Notes: a model not told the origin generated them from the sequence alone. A stretch of DNA of 64,000 nt from Oscillospiraceae bacterium (GCA_015065085.1 SVQW01000001.1:104258-168257); one strand, 5' to 3'. Counted from the first letter of the stretch, positions 9,575 through 19,111 are shown. Numbers and translations: made by a program.

Positions 9575-10786
9575 ATGTTAACTCTCAAAGAAAAAAGAAT
9601 ACGCATAGGTGGTTGGTGGTCTACCGACCCGAATCTTATATCCGACGACTATATAAAAATGATAGCCGATGTGGGCGCTGATTTTATTATGTCCTCTGAG
9701 CACGGTGATGAAAAACAAATTGACGAACTTCTTACATATTGCGATAAATACGGCGTTGAATGTGTTCTTCAGGATTCACGCATTTATGATAACGAGGATG
9801 CCGATATTGCCGGAATAACAAAAGGCTATGCTCATCATCCGAGCTTCGTGGGTCATATGATAAAAGACGAACCCGGCACGGACGAAATGCCCAAGATACG
9901 CCGTCTTTACGATAAATGCAACGCCGCTCTTCCCGGAAGAAAAGCATATATAAATCTCCTTCCGATGTATGCCAATGCAGCTCAGCTTAAATACGGCGCA
10001 GGCGCGGCGGCTATCGAGTATTATGACAATGACCCGAAGCTTTACGAAAAGCATCTTGACACATATTGTCAGATATTTGATACACCATATATCTGCGTTG
10101 ATGTATATCCCTGTCGTGTGGACGAAAACAACAAACGTATCATGTATCCCGGATATCTGGAAAACATAAATGTAATTGCTAAGTGTTGCCGCAAATATGA
10201 CCGCGAGCTGTGGATAATGGTACAGAACATGATGTGGTACGCTTGCGATAATACGCCTGATGAGGCTGAGTTAAGATGGCAGTTCTTTACAATGCTTTCT
10301 TTCGGAGCAAAAGCGATTTTCCACTTCTGCCTTGCTACCCCTACGGGTCATACTCCCGGCCTTATCACCAAACAGGGCACCAAGTCAGATCTTTATTATC
10401 CTTCTCAGCGTATGCACCGCTTTATCAAGGCTATCGAGGATGTTTATCTGCAGTATGATAATATTGGTGCGTTTTGTCTCAATGGCGACGATGAACATGC
10501 ATATATGCAGTTCACCGACCAGGTGAAGAACTTCAAGCCGATAGAGGAAATTGTATCCGGTCAGCGTTTGTTGGTGGGTTGCTTTGAAAAACAGGATAAG
10601 TATGCATTTACCCTTGTTAACATGGAGGCTGTTGATGACTGTGTAACAGCACATGTAAAGCTTAAGCTTGACGGTAAAAAGGTTACCGTGTACGCAGACA
10701 CTATGTCTTACACTGTTGCACCGGTTGACGGCTATTATGAATTTGACATACCTTTTGGTGAAGGTTTGTTTGTAACGGTTGAATAA
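9575..10786 (+). CDS. Uncharacterised protein, paralogue B of 8159..9379
   Basis: The start is set at ATG 9575, preceded by AAAGGA. The product has the same architecture and length as paralogue A. Confidence 0.7.
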   Translation: MLTLKEKRIRIGGWWSTDPNLISDDYIKMIADVGADFIMSSEHGDEKQIDELLTYCDKYGVECVLQDSRIYDNEDADIAGITKGYAHHPSFVGHMIKDEPGTDEMPKIRRLYDKCNAALPGRKAYINLLPMYANAAQLKYGAGAAAIEYYDNDPKLYEKHLDTYCQIFDTPYICVDVYPCRVDENNKRIMYPGYLENINVIAKCCRKYDRELWIMVQNMMWYACDNTPDEAELRWQFFTMLSFGAKAIFHFCLATPTGHTPGLITKQGTKSDLYYPSQRMHRFIKAIEDVYLQYDNIGAFCLNGDDEHAYMQFTDQVKNFKPIEEIVSGQRLLVGCFEKQDKYAFTLVNMEAVDDCVTAHVKLKLDGKKVTVYADTMSYTVAPVDGYYEFDIPFGEGLFVTVE

Positions 10787-10800
10787 TCAAATATAAGCAT

Positions 10801-10836
10801 AAAAAAGCAAAAACTCTTTCGAGTTTTTGCTTTTTG
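10801..10836. terminator. Bidirectional terminator between convergent genes
   Basis: AAAAAGCAAAAACTC-tttc-GAGTTTTTGCTTTTT, with A/T tracts on both sides. Confidence 0.8.
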
Positions 10837-12441
10837 TTATTCCACGTCGCCTTTGACAACATCCAACATGTAAACCGTATCGGCAATGTCAAATTCGTTG
10901 TCCTTGAAAACCAGATTTTCTGTTGAAACGGCTTTCAGCACGTGAGGATGTGCGGTTATGAATGTATTGTTTGTGACGATAATGTTTTTGTGGTAATATC
11001 CGTCTTTTTCGTTAGGGCAGGGGATTTGAGGGAAAATGTTTATGACATTGTGGTTTACACTTCGTTTTCCTATTATACCGCATCTGTCAAAAATGTTGTT
11101 TCGTATGGTAACATCTCTCACACAGCCCGATTCAAACCAGTGATTGGTGTCTCCTGAAATGTGAATGCAACTGCCGAAGGTGTTGAAGCGGTTGTTTTCC
11201 ACACGAACCTTTCCGCGGGTTGTTATAAGCAAGCCACGGGGGAATGCTTTTTGCATAGTACAGTTTGTAACCGTAAGATTGGGTGCCGCATCCAGACTTT
11301 CGATGCAATCCTTGAGATTTATATTTTTGTCTGTTTCGTTTTCAAATTCTATAACGCAAAGACTTCTGCTTATTTGTTTTACGGATTTGACAATATTTTT
11401 TTGAACGTCCATCAGAGTATTGTGATTGATAAATTCGACACTTTCGCCGGCTTCAAATATATCAACGCCTAACTGCTGATGATGTACAAAGCGTGCCAGA
11501 ACAGTTCTTTTGTCAATAAACTTGTCAATCTGCATATATATTCCGTGACAGTTCAGACAATCGTCGAAATGCTTTTCAAAAAAGCAGTTGTTAAGCGTGA
11601 TATTACCGCGGCAATTAACAAAGTGTGTAGCATCTGCGTAGGACGAAACGTAACGGCCGTCGGAGGGTGTTATTTTTAATGCTTCGAGAGTTATATTTTC
11701 GGACTTTTGGCACAAAACGCCCATGCCGAGTGCATGATGAAGTGTCACGTTTTCGAGAGTTACGTTTTTAGAATAATCCATAAAAACACCGCATGCATAG
11801 CGTTCTCCGAAATGTATGCACAAGGTGTTACCCGGTTTGGGCACGCAGTCAAGCCTTTTTCCCGACAGAGTTACAACCGACGTGTTATTTTCATCTGCGA
11901 ATGCGTCCATATCTTTTATCAATGTGCGTGATGTGCCTTCTGTTATAAAATCAGTTTCGGAATCTATGTCAAGAAAAAATTCCGCTTCTGCATCCTTTGC
12001 ACCGGGCATAGTGAATTTCAAGGAATGATTTACCACTTTGAAAGGGGAGTTGTCCCAAATTTTTATTTTGAGAAGTTTTTCTCCCGATTCCAGAACAGTC
12101 GCGTGAGCGTATTGCGCCACAGGATAGTCCACCGAGAGATTTTTGACGGTAACATCGCGTGAATTTGTTATTTCAATCGGAACCATTACGCCGTGAAATA
12201 TCAGCTCGGCACCATTACCTTCAATAGTAATGCCATCAAAATCAATTATCGGTATACCGATTTTCTTGTATCCGTCATTGTCGTGGTTAAGTATACAGCT
12301 TACACGTTCCGCGGCGTAATCCGGATAAAAATTATATCGTCCCTTTTCAAATTCCAGCATCTTGTCGCCGGTTTGCTTCATGGATTCCAGAGCGCTAAGA
12401 ACGGTGTAGGCAATATCTTCATGTGTGTGCCGTATTATCAT
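10837..12441 (-). CDS. Right-handed parallel beta-helix repeat protein (putative glycoside hydrolase or lyase)
   Basis: 534 aa, no signal peptide. Repeated short beta-helix-like segments (ITLENVTLHHALGMGVL..., NITLNNCFF..., VTNCTM..., IRNNIFDRCG). The functional subfamily is not resolvable by eye. Confidence 0.65.
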   Translation of the reverse strand: MIIRHTHEDIAYTVLSALESMKQTGDKMLEFEKGRYNFYPDYAAERVSCILNHDNDGYKKIGIPIIDFDGITIEGNGAELIFHGVMVPIEITNSRDVTVKNLSVDYPVAQYAHATVLESGEKLLKIKIWDNSPFKVVNHSLKFTMPGAKDAEAEFFLDIDSETDFITEGTSRTLIKDMDAFADENNTSVVTLSGKRLDCVPKPGNTLCIHFGERYACGVFMDYSKNVTLENVTLHHALGMGVLCQKSENITLEALKITPSDGRYVSSYADATHFVNCRGNITLNNCFFEKHFDDCLNCHGIYMQIDKFIDKRTVLARFVHHQQLGVDIFEAGESVEFINHNTLMDVQKNIVKSVKQISRSLCVIEFENETDKNINLKDCIESLDAAPNLTVTNCTMQKAFPRGLLITTRGKVRVENNRFNTFGSCIHISGDTNHWFESGCVRDVTIRNNIFDRCGIIGKRSVNHNVINIFPQIPCPNEKDGYYHKNIIVTNNTFITAHPHVLKAVSTENLVFKDNEFDIADTVYMLDVVKGDVE

Positions 12442-12451
12442 CTTTGTATCC

Positions 12452-13120
12452 TCATCTGAAAACAGAATTGTCGGTATTGTATATTTCTTTTCGCATTATG
12501 CGGTAATCGGCGGATAAAACGTTGATATCCACTTTCTCTGCAATGACCTTTACTACATATTCAGGATTGAGGTAATCATTGTTTCCCGAGGTGAGACGTG
12601 CGTTAATCGTAAGTATTCCGTCGGCGTAGCTTGCGTTAATGTGTTTTATGTTTTCCGAAATATCCGTAACAGCCTCGCTGGATTTGGTTTGTTTGAGTAT
12701 CATCACAGGGGGTGTAAAGACCTCATTCGCCCGTTCACTTATGTCCGAAGGGCAGGGAATGGTAATTTCATAATCGCAGGTGCCTATGGTCTTAAGAGGC
12801 ATAACGGGACGCTTTACGTAATACACTTCAAGACCGGCGGGAAGAGTGTCGTTCAGTGCTTTCATTATGTCCTCGTATTCCATTTCTTCGGTAATCTGTG
12901 TGTCAAGAACTTCACATTCGCTTTCGGCACCGATACTGAGGTTGAGACCGAATACCAGCTTGGGACGGGGATTGAAGCCCTCACTGTACGCTATTGGCAA
13001 GCCTGCACGTCGGAAAGCCCTCGCCATTGTGCGGTTGAGATCAAGATGAGATATAAATCTCATGGGGCCTGTTTTCTTAAAACGTATTCTTATATCTTTT
13101 TTTATGTTATTCATCTTCAT
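12452..13120 (-). CDS. DUF2344 / radical-SAM-linked protein family
   Basis: IRIRFKKTGPMRFISHLDLNRTMARAFRRAGLPIAYSEGFNPRPKLVFGLNLSIGAESE is the hallmark N-terminal block of this family. The start (ATG near 13120/13114) overlaps the stop of the upstream ABC gene. Confidence 0.8.
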   Translation of the reverse strand: MKMNNIKKDIRIRFKKTGPMRFISHLDLNRTMARAFRRAGLPIAYSEGFNPRPKLVFGLNLSIGAESECEVLDTQITEEMEYEDIMKALNDTLPAGLEVYYVKRPVMPLKTIGTCDYEITIPCPSDISERANEVFTPPVMILKQTKSSEAVTDISENIKHINASYADGILTINARLTSGNNDYLNPEYVVKVIAEKVDINVLSADYRIMRKEIYNTDNSVFR

Positions 13121-15368
13121 CATCCTTTGAAATTTTGTGCATCTGACGCTGAGCATTTATAAGACCGTAGTAAATGCCGCGCTTTTCAATCAGTTCGTCA
13201 TGAGTTCCGCTTTCGGCAATGGTGTTGTTGTCAATCACAATAAGTCTTGTGGCGTTTCTGAGGGTTGACAGACGATGAGCAATCGCAAGGGTAGTGCGGT
13301 TCTTTGTGAGCTTTTGCAGTGCATCCTGAATCAGCTTTTCCGTTTCTGTGTCAAGAGAAGCGGTTGCCTCGTCCAGAATAAGTATTTTGGGATCTGTCAG
13401 CACTGCACGAGCGATTGCAAGTCTTTGACGCTCGCCGCCTGAAAGCGTATAGCCGCTTTCGCCGATATATGTGTTGTAGCCGTCGGGTAACTTCATAATG
13501 AAGGAATGCGCATTGGCGAGCTTTGCGGCACGTATTATTTCCTCACGTGTGGCAGCAGGATTGGAGTAGGCGATATTCGCGTAAATCGTGCCGGAGAACA
13601 GGAATGTTTCCTGCAACACCGCACCAATCTGTGAACGCAGACTATGCTGTGAAAGGTCTCGTATATCATGACCGTCAATGCGTATAGCACCGCTTTTTAC
13701 ATCGTAAAGACGCATAACAAGGTTTATGAGCGTGCTTTTTCCGGCACCGCTTCGTCCTACAATGCCTATCATTTCGCCCGGCTTTATCGATAGATTGATG
13801 TTCTTTAGTACCTCGTTGGTTTCTTCGTAAGAAAAATCCACGTTTTCAAAGTCGATATTGCCCTTGATATCGATATCCAGTGCATCACTTTTGTCTGTCA
13901 CCTCGGGCTCTTCGTCCACTATTTCAAATACCTTGGTCACAGAAGTGAAAGTACGCACTATCATTCTGGGGAGATGGGAAGCCCAGCGCAGCGGACCGTA
14001 AATAAATGAGGCATAAGACGATATCATGGTCATGTCGCCAAAAGACATTTCCCCTTTAAGTATAAGAACACCCACGAAATAGGTGATTATGTATGAACCG
14101 ATACCAAAAGCAAAGTTTGATATGGGCGTAAGTATGTTCCATATTATTTCGTTTTTTTCGGATATTTCCGCAACGTCTTTTGCGGCCTTATCATACTTTT
14201 CGGTTTCGCGTTTTTCCGTTCCGAACACTTTTACTACGCGTATTCCTTTGAAAATATCGTGAAGAACCGTGTTGGCTTCCGAATCCACAAACCACTGCTT
14301 GTGATACAATTTGTGTGTGTAGCTGTGTATGAGTCTGAAAAGAATTGCCACAAAGGGTGCAGGTATCAGTATAAGCAATGTCAGAAGGGGATTGTAGAAT
14401 AAAAGAACAATGACAACTGCTGTAAATGTCAACACTTGCTCGATAATATTTGGTAATTCACGGGTTATAAACTGGCTTATACGCGATGTATCATTTGAAA
14501 TTCGGTTCATCAGGTCGCCCGCGGTACGCTTGGAAATATCCGCCACCGACATGGCTTGAACCTTTTCAAAGGTCATATTGCATAGGGTTACAACGATTTT
14601 ATTACCAACCTTGGCAAGCAGATTGTTTCTGAAAATTCCTAAAATACGGGTGGCGAGATTTGCCACTGCAAGACCCAGTACGAGGATAATAAGTCCCCAT
14701 GTGACATTGCCGAGTACTTTTTGCGTGTTGTCGGCGTTTATGTAATCGTCCACCATAGCTTTTTGAATTTGTGGTGTGATAAGCTGTATGGCTGTTGTCA
14801 TGAAGAATAAAACGACAGACAGAAGAATGGGGAGCATATAGGGCCTTGCAATCTTGAAAAGACGTTTCAAAATTTCTCTTTTGCCCATGGAGCAATGTGC
14901 ACATTTGCTTGAACCATCACGGTAAATACGTCCGCACTTTGGGCACTTGCGCTCTTTTACATCAACGCGGAAGCCGTCCTTGCCTTCTTTTTTTGCATTG
15001 AGTGCTTTCACGGCTGCGGCAAGTGCCAGATTGAATTTCATATCGGCACGGCACAATTCGAACAGCTCTGAATTCTTCTCGTATTCTATGCGTACAAGTC
15101 CGACTTCGGTGCGAAATTTGAAATTCTCCATTGAATCAAAGTCTAACTCTTCGCATACTATTTCTTTTTCAACTTCGGTAACACGAAGCAGTTTTCCGTC
15201 AGCAAAGAAAAGCCCTCCGCTTACGACCTTGTTGTCGGATGTGAGATTGAAAGGAAAGCCCTCCGGTCTTTTGTCGCCGTAGGTATCCTTTACCCATTTC
15301 TGTAAAGGAGTGGGGGGAGCTTTTTTCTTTTTGAAAATTTTTCTGTATAGCTTTTTGAGCAGCTTCAT
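13107..15368 (-). CDS. ABC exporter (fused TMD-NBD, type I exporter fold) with an N-terminal cytoplasmic module ending in a zinc ribbon
   Basis: Walker A GRSGAGKST, signature LSGGERQR and Walker B ILILDEATASLD. There are six predicted TM segments. About 175 aa precede the first TM segment and include CPKCGRIYRDGSSKCAHC. Confidence 0.9.
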   Translation of the reverse strand: MKLLKKLYRKIFKKKKAPPTPLQKWVKDTYGDKRPEGFPFNLTSDNKVVSGGLFFADGKLLRVTEVEKEIVCEELDFDSMENFKFRTEVGLVRIEYEKNSELFELCRADMKFNLALAAAVKALNAKKEGKDGFRVDVKERKCPKCGRIYRDGSSKCAHCSMGKREILKRLFKIARPYMLPILLSVVLFFMTTAIQLITPQIQKAMVDDYINADNTQKVLGNVTWGLIILVLGLAVANLATRILGIFRNNLLAKVGNKIVVTLCNMTFEKVQAMSVADISKRTAGDLMNRISNDTSRISQFITRELPNIIEQVLTFTAVVIVLLFYNPLLTLLILIPAPFVAILFRLIHSYTHKLYHKQWFVDSEANTVLHDIFKGIRVVKVFGTEKRETEKYDKAAKDVAEISEKNEIIWNILTPISNFAFGIGSYIITYFVGVLILKGEMSFGDMTMISSYASFIYGPLRWASHLPRMIVRTFTSVTKVFEIVDEEPEVTDKSDALDIDIKGNIDFENVDFSYEETNEVLKNINLSIKPGEMIGIVGRSGAGKSTLINLVMRLYDVKSGAIRIDGHDIRDLSQHSLRSQIGAVLQETFLFSGTIYANIAYSNPAATREEIIRAAKLANAHSFIMKLPDGYNTYIGESGYTLSGGERQRLAIARAVLTDPKILILDEATASLDTETEKLIQDALQKLTKNRTTLAIAHRLSTLRNATRLIVIDNNTIAESGTHDELIEKRGIYYGLINAQRQMHKISKDDEDE

Positions 15369-15958
15369 AAGTATAACTCTATTTTTCTGAAAGATTTTTT
15401 GTCCAGGGCTTCAAGACTCTCTATTTCGAAACGATTAGAATCAACGTCCAGAATAAACACCCTGTCCTGCGAAACGTGTATTATGCTTTTGAAGGTGTCT
15501 TTCACCGTGAAATCGTAATTTCCTCTGTCGCACTTTACCTTCCAGTAGGAATAACCGAAGCGTTCCTTTAAGGAAAGAACCTTTTCAATTTTTGGAGCAA
15601 AATATTTTGAATCCAGTTCATTATCCAGTAATGACGCAGTTTCAGCAAAATCACGGGTGTTGAATATTATTCCTATTTCCCCGTTGTCATCTGAAACAGA
15701 AATATATTCATAGGGCTTATCGAACGGGAACGCTCTGTGCAGAAATGCTCTGCGCTTTCCTGTAAGCGGCCCTTTTTCTTCGGAGGGATTCTTTGTGTCA
15801 TCACCATGTGGTGCACCGTGATGGCGACGGGGTTCCTTTGTTGCCTTTGAAGTTATCTGAGTGTCAATCATGAGAAATCCGTTTTCCGTAACGGAAAAAT
15901 TGCTGTTTTCTGGTGTGAGTCTGACAAGTTCTATTGCGTTATCAAGTGTATGTTCCAT
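15365..15958 (-). CDS. DUF1854 domain protein with a charged insertion
   Basis: RAFPFDKPYEYISVSDDNGEIGII...YFAPKIEKVLSLKERFGYSYWKVKCDRG...ILDVDSNRFEI fits my memory of DUF1854. The gene overlaps the next gene by 4 nt (ATGA). The insert is KEPRRHHGAPHGDDTKNPSEEKGP. Confidence 0.7.
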   Translation of the reverse strand: MEHTLDNAIELVRLTPENSNFSVTENGFLMIDTQITSKATKEPRRHHGAPHGDDTKNPSEEKGPLTGKRRAFLHRAFPFDKPYEYISVSDDNGEIGIIFNTRDFAETASLLDNELDSKYFAPKIEKVLSLKERFGYSYWKVKCDRGNYDFTVKDTFKSIIHVSQDRVFILDVDSNRFEIESLEALDKKSFRKIELYL

Positions 15959-15967
15959 TGTTACTCC

Positions 15968-18265
15968 TCATTCAATACCGATGGTTTTCAGTGCTTCCAG
16001 CTGCATCTGATATAAGCGGTGATAATCTCCCTGTTTTTCAAGCAGCTCCTTGTGTGTACCGCTCTCGGTCATCTTGCCGTTGTCAATGACTATAAGCTTT
16101 GTGGCATCGCGTAAGGTGGAAAGACGGTGCGCTATGATGATTGTGGTACAGTTTTTGGTTATATGGGTTATGGCTGACTGTATCATACGCTCCGTTTCGG
16201 TATCCATGGCGGCGGTCGCTTCGTCAAGTATAAGTATTTTCGGGTTTTTCAGTATTGCACGCGCTATGGATACTCTCTGCTTTTCACCGCCTGAAAGTTC
16301 TCGGTTTCCCCAGCCTATGGGTGTGTTGTATCCATCGGGGTATTTAATTATAAAAGAGTGAGCCCCGGCGGTTTTGGAGGCGGCAAGCACTTCTTCATAT
16401 GTGGCATCCGGTTTGGCGTAACGTATGTTTTCAAGAATGGAGCCGCGGAAGAAATAAGTTTCCTGTGAAACTATCGCTATGTTTTTGTGCAGCTGCTCAA
16501 AACTCATATCTCTGACATTTACGCCATCTATGAGTATTTCTCCGCTTTCGGTATCATAAAGTCGTGTGAGCAGGTTGGCGAGGGTTGATTTTCCTGCACC
16601 TGTTTTTCCTACGATTCCCAGCGTTTCACCCGCATTCACTTCAAATGAAACGTTGTCGATGGTTTTGCGGTTTTTGACGTAAGAGAAGCATACATCCTTA
16701 AACACCACGTCTCCCTTTATATCGGGCATATCTACGGTGTTATCGGCTTCTCGAACATCCGGCTCGGCGTCGATTATTTCAAACATGCGTGATATTGCAT
16801 TCAGACAGTTGGCCCACCAATCGGTAACCTCCGTCAGAAAATCAAGAGGACCATATATCATACCCATGTACATTGTGTAGGTCATAAGTTCGCCGTAGTG
16901 AAGTTTACCTGATATAACCAGATATCCGCCGTATGCCCACACTATGTAAGAACCGATACCCATGATGTAGTATACCAGGGGGAACACCGAGTTCTGAGAT
17001 ATATTCAACTCCGTTTTTGCATTTGAATTATCTCTGTTGCGCTTGTCAAAACGTTGTATCTCGGCTTTTTCGCGCGCAAACACCTTAACTATTCTCATGC
17101 CCGTAAGAACGTCGGCTATAATTGCATTAAAGGAACGGCTTTTGGAATAGCTCTTGGCGTGAAGCTTGCGGAAGAATTTTAAAATTATGCTGTACAGAAT
17201 AACAAAAACCGGAACCGGCACAAAAGTAAGAAGCGTCAGAAGCGGACTCATGCAGAACATGAGAACAGCTATTCCGATAAACTGGAATATGTTGGTCACA
17301 AAGTACGGGAATCCGTCACAGAAGAACCAGTAAAGTGTATTGGAATCGTTGTTTATGCGGGTCATCAATCCGCCTGTTTGACGTCCTGTGAAAAAGCCCA
17401 GCGAAAGACGACCGATAGAATTAAAAATTTCTTTTTTAAGGTCATACGTGACACGTGCGGCAATTTTGGAATGTATTACGCCGTTAATGATTGTAAGAAG
17501 AGAGGAAATTACATTCGAACCTATCAGTGCGGCAAGCAGAAGCCCGATTCTGCCGTAAAGCGAGCCTCCCGGCTTCAAAACATCATCATACATGACCTTA
17601 CCGCTGATGTAAGGCATTATTATTCCCAGAAGTGTTGTGAGGATAATTCCGGAAAACAGCAGAAAAAGATAGAATTTATAACGCTTGAAAAATGGCAGGA
17701 GACGCGCTACAAGCTTGCCCTTTTCCATACATCTTGGGCATATTTTGCGTTCCGGCTCGGGGTAACGTGAGCCGCACTTGGGACAACATGTTTCATGGTG
17801 GGGATGATCCTGAATCTCACCGATATTACCGTCTTTTACAAGGTTATTAAGACATTTCGCAAAGGTGAATGCATCATGCTTTTTGGAAAAAGTAGCATTG
17901 AATAATACTGCCGTATTTTCACCGTAATCCGCTACAAGGCGGCAAGATGAAATCAGTTCTTCTACTTTTGCGTTTCTGATGTCTTTTAAATCAAAATGCT
18001 TGAAGGCATATTCGTGGTACACTGCTTCCAGTTTTTTTCCGAAAAACAGAAATTTTGTCAGAAACGTAATGTTCTCTTTTTCGCGAAGCGAACGCGTAAC
18101 CGTGAGACAGCACACCTCGTCTTTTGTGAGCACTACCCAGTTATCATAAAAAAAACAGTTGTCATCAAGGTCGCTCATCATACATACAAGTATGCTGTCT
18201 TTTGTTATTCCTTTTTGCTCAAAAAGCTCCAGGACTTTTTGAGGGATTTTGTCCAGTTCAGTCAT
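15968..18265 (-). CDS. ABC exporter (fused TMD-NBD) with an N-terminal cytoplasmic module ending in a zinc ribbon
   Basis: Walker A GKTGAGKST, signature LSGGEKQR and Walker B ILILDEATAAMD. About 190 aa precede the first TM segment and include CCPKCGSRYPEPERKICPRC. RBS GTGAGG upstream. Confidence 0.9.
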   Translation of the reverse strand: MTELDKIPQKVLELFEQKGITKDSILVCMMSDLDDNCFFYDNWVVLTKDEVCCLTVTRSLREKENITFLTKFLFFGKKLEAVYHEYAFKHFDLKDIRNAKVEELISSCRLVADYGENTAVLFNATFSKKHDAFTFAKCLNNLVKDGNIGEIQDHPHHETCCPKCGSRYPEPERKICPRCMEKGKLVARLLPFFKRYKFYLFLLFSGIILTTLLGIIMPYISGKVMYDDVLKPGGSLYGRIGLLLAALIGSNVISSLLTIINGVIHSKIAARVTYDLKKEIFNSIGRLSLGFFTGRQTGGLMTRINNDSNTLYWFFCDGFPYFVTNIFQFIGIAVLMFCMSPLLTLLTFVPVPVFVILYSIILKFFRKLHAKSYSKSRSFNAIIADVLTGMRIVKVFAREKAEIQRFDKRNRDNSNAKTELNISQNSVFPLVYYIMGIGSYIVWAYGGYLVISGKLHYGELMTYTMYMGMIYGPLDFLTEVTDWWANCLNAISRMFEIIDAEPDVREADNTVDMPDIKGDVVFKDVCFSYVKNRKTIDNVSFEVNAGETLGIVGKTGAGKSTLANLLTRLYDTESGEILIDGVNVRDMSFEQLHKNIAIVSQETYFFRGSILENIRYAKPDATYEEVLAASKTAGAHSFIIKYPDGYNTPIGWGNRELSGGEKQRVSIARAILKNPKILILDEATAAMDTETERMIQSAITHITKNCTTIIIAHRLSTLRDATKLIVIDNGKMTESGTHKELLEKQGDYHRLYQMQLEALKTIGIE

Positions 18266-18295
18266 TTAAACCTCACAATTTCAAAGTTAAGGCAT

Positions 18296-18335
18296 AAAAC
18301 CCCTACACTGCCATAAAATGGCGGCGTAAGGGTTT
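18296..18335 (-). terminator. Hairpin with short U-tract between the peptidase gene and the ABC genes (terminator or attenuator)
   Basis: Minus strand reads ACCCTTACGCCGCCAT-tttt-ATGGCAGTGTAGGGGTTTTAT. The 16-nt arms contain two G-U pairs and one mismatch. Confidence 0.55.
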
Positions 18336-18360
18336 GTGATTTACAGTGATTATGTACGTT

Positions 18361-18828
18361 TTACTTTCCAAAGAGTTTTCTCCTTATTCTGCCCAAAAGA
18401 GACCTCGTGCGTCTGTAAAGTTTTCTTACGGGCATCGACAGGACCCATATCCTGCTGTACAATTTGTATAAGAAGCTGTCACAGTATATATGTTTTCCGT
18501 CTCGGTAAAAGGAGGACATAACAGCAATGATGCAGTCGTCTTTCACGGAATACTCTTTGATTGTCTGATTGTCCCCGCACATAACATAACCGTCGGATTT
18601 TATTCCGACAACCCTATGAAGAACAAAAGCACCGTTACTGCGCTTGTAAAGGGGAACATCATACTTTCTGAGTTTCCCCTCGGGCTTTCTGAGCACAATT
18701 TTGTCCTTCTGGTTCCGAAGAAGAGGCAACATACTGTTACCGCCCGGAGTGAATGCGACCTCACTGTTTACGGCCAGCATTTCTTCTATCAGGGGCATAG
18801 CCTGCACCAGCGCAATATCTTTTTTCAT
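18361..18828 (-). CDS. S24/S26-family (SipW/Sec11-like Ser-His) peptidase, apparently cytoplasmic
   Basis: The GNSMLPLL serine motif and AFVLHRVVG histidine motif resemble ER/archaeal-type signal peptidases. There is no N-terminal TM anchor. The start overlaps the PqqD stop (ATGA). Confidence 0.7.
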   Translation of the reverse strand: MKKDIALVQAMPLIEEMLAVNSEVAFTPGGNSMLPLLRNQKDKIVLRKPEGKLRKYDVPLYKRSNGAFVLHRVVGIKSDGYVMCGDNQTIKEYSVKDDCIIAVMSSFYRDGKHIYCDSFLYKLYSRIWVLSMPVRKLYRRTRSLLGRIRRKLFGK

Positions 18829-19091
18829 TCGGAAATCAAGCCGGCATCGGAAAGCTTTTTTACAAATGCCCGTATGTCTTCAGCCGCAGTTTTTTCATCA
18901 ACATCGTATTCATCCAGCATTGCTTTTATAAGCTGAGCCTCGTCGGCACCCTCTTCAAGCTTTTTCCAAAGCAATGCGCCTGTTTCGCTGAGAGTAATCA
19001 TACCGCTGAAATCCACGGTATCATTTCCGAGGGGGATGACAACGAAATTACCGGCAACTTCTCTTAAAAGGTAACCTTCTTTTATTTTCAT
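18825..19091 (-). CDS. PqqD-family protein (RiPP recognition element-like peptide chaperone)
   Basis: ...YLLREVAGNFVVIPLG...ITLSETGALLWKKLEEGADEAQLIKAMLDEYDVDEKTAAEDIRAFVKKLSDAGLI is a typical PqqD/RRE profile. ATG 19091 is preferred over GTG 19103. Confidence 0.75.
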   Translation of the reverse strand: MKIKEGYLLREVAGNFVVIPLGNDTVDFSGMITLSETGALLWKKLEEGADEAQLIKAMLDEYDVDEKTAAEDIRAFVKKLSDAGLISE

Positions 19092-19111
19092 AGCTTTAAC
19101 CACACTTTCTT

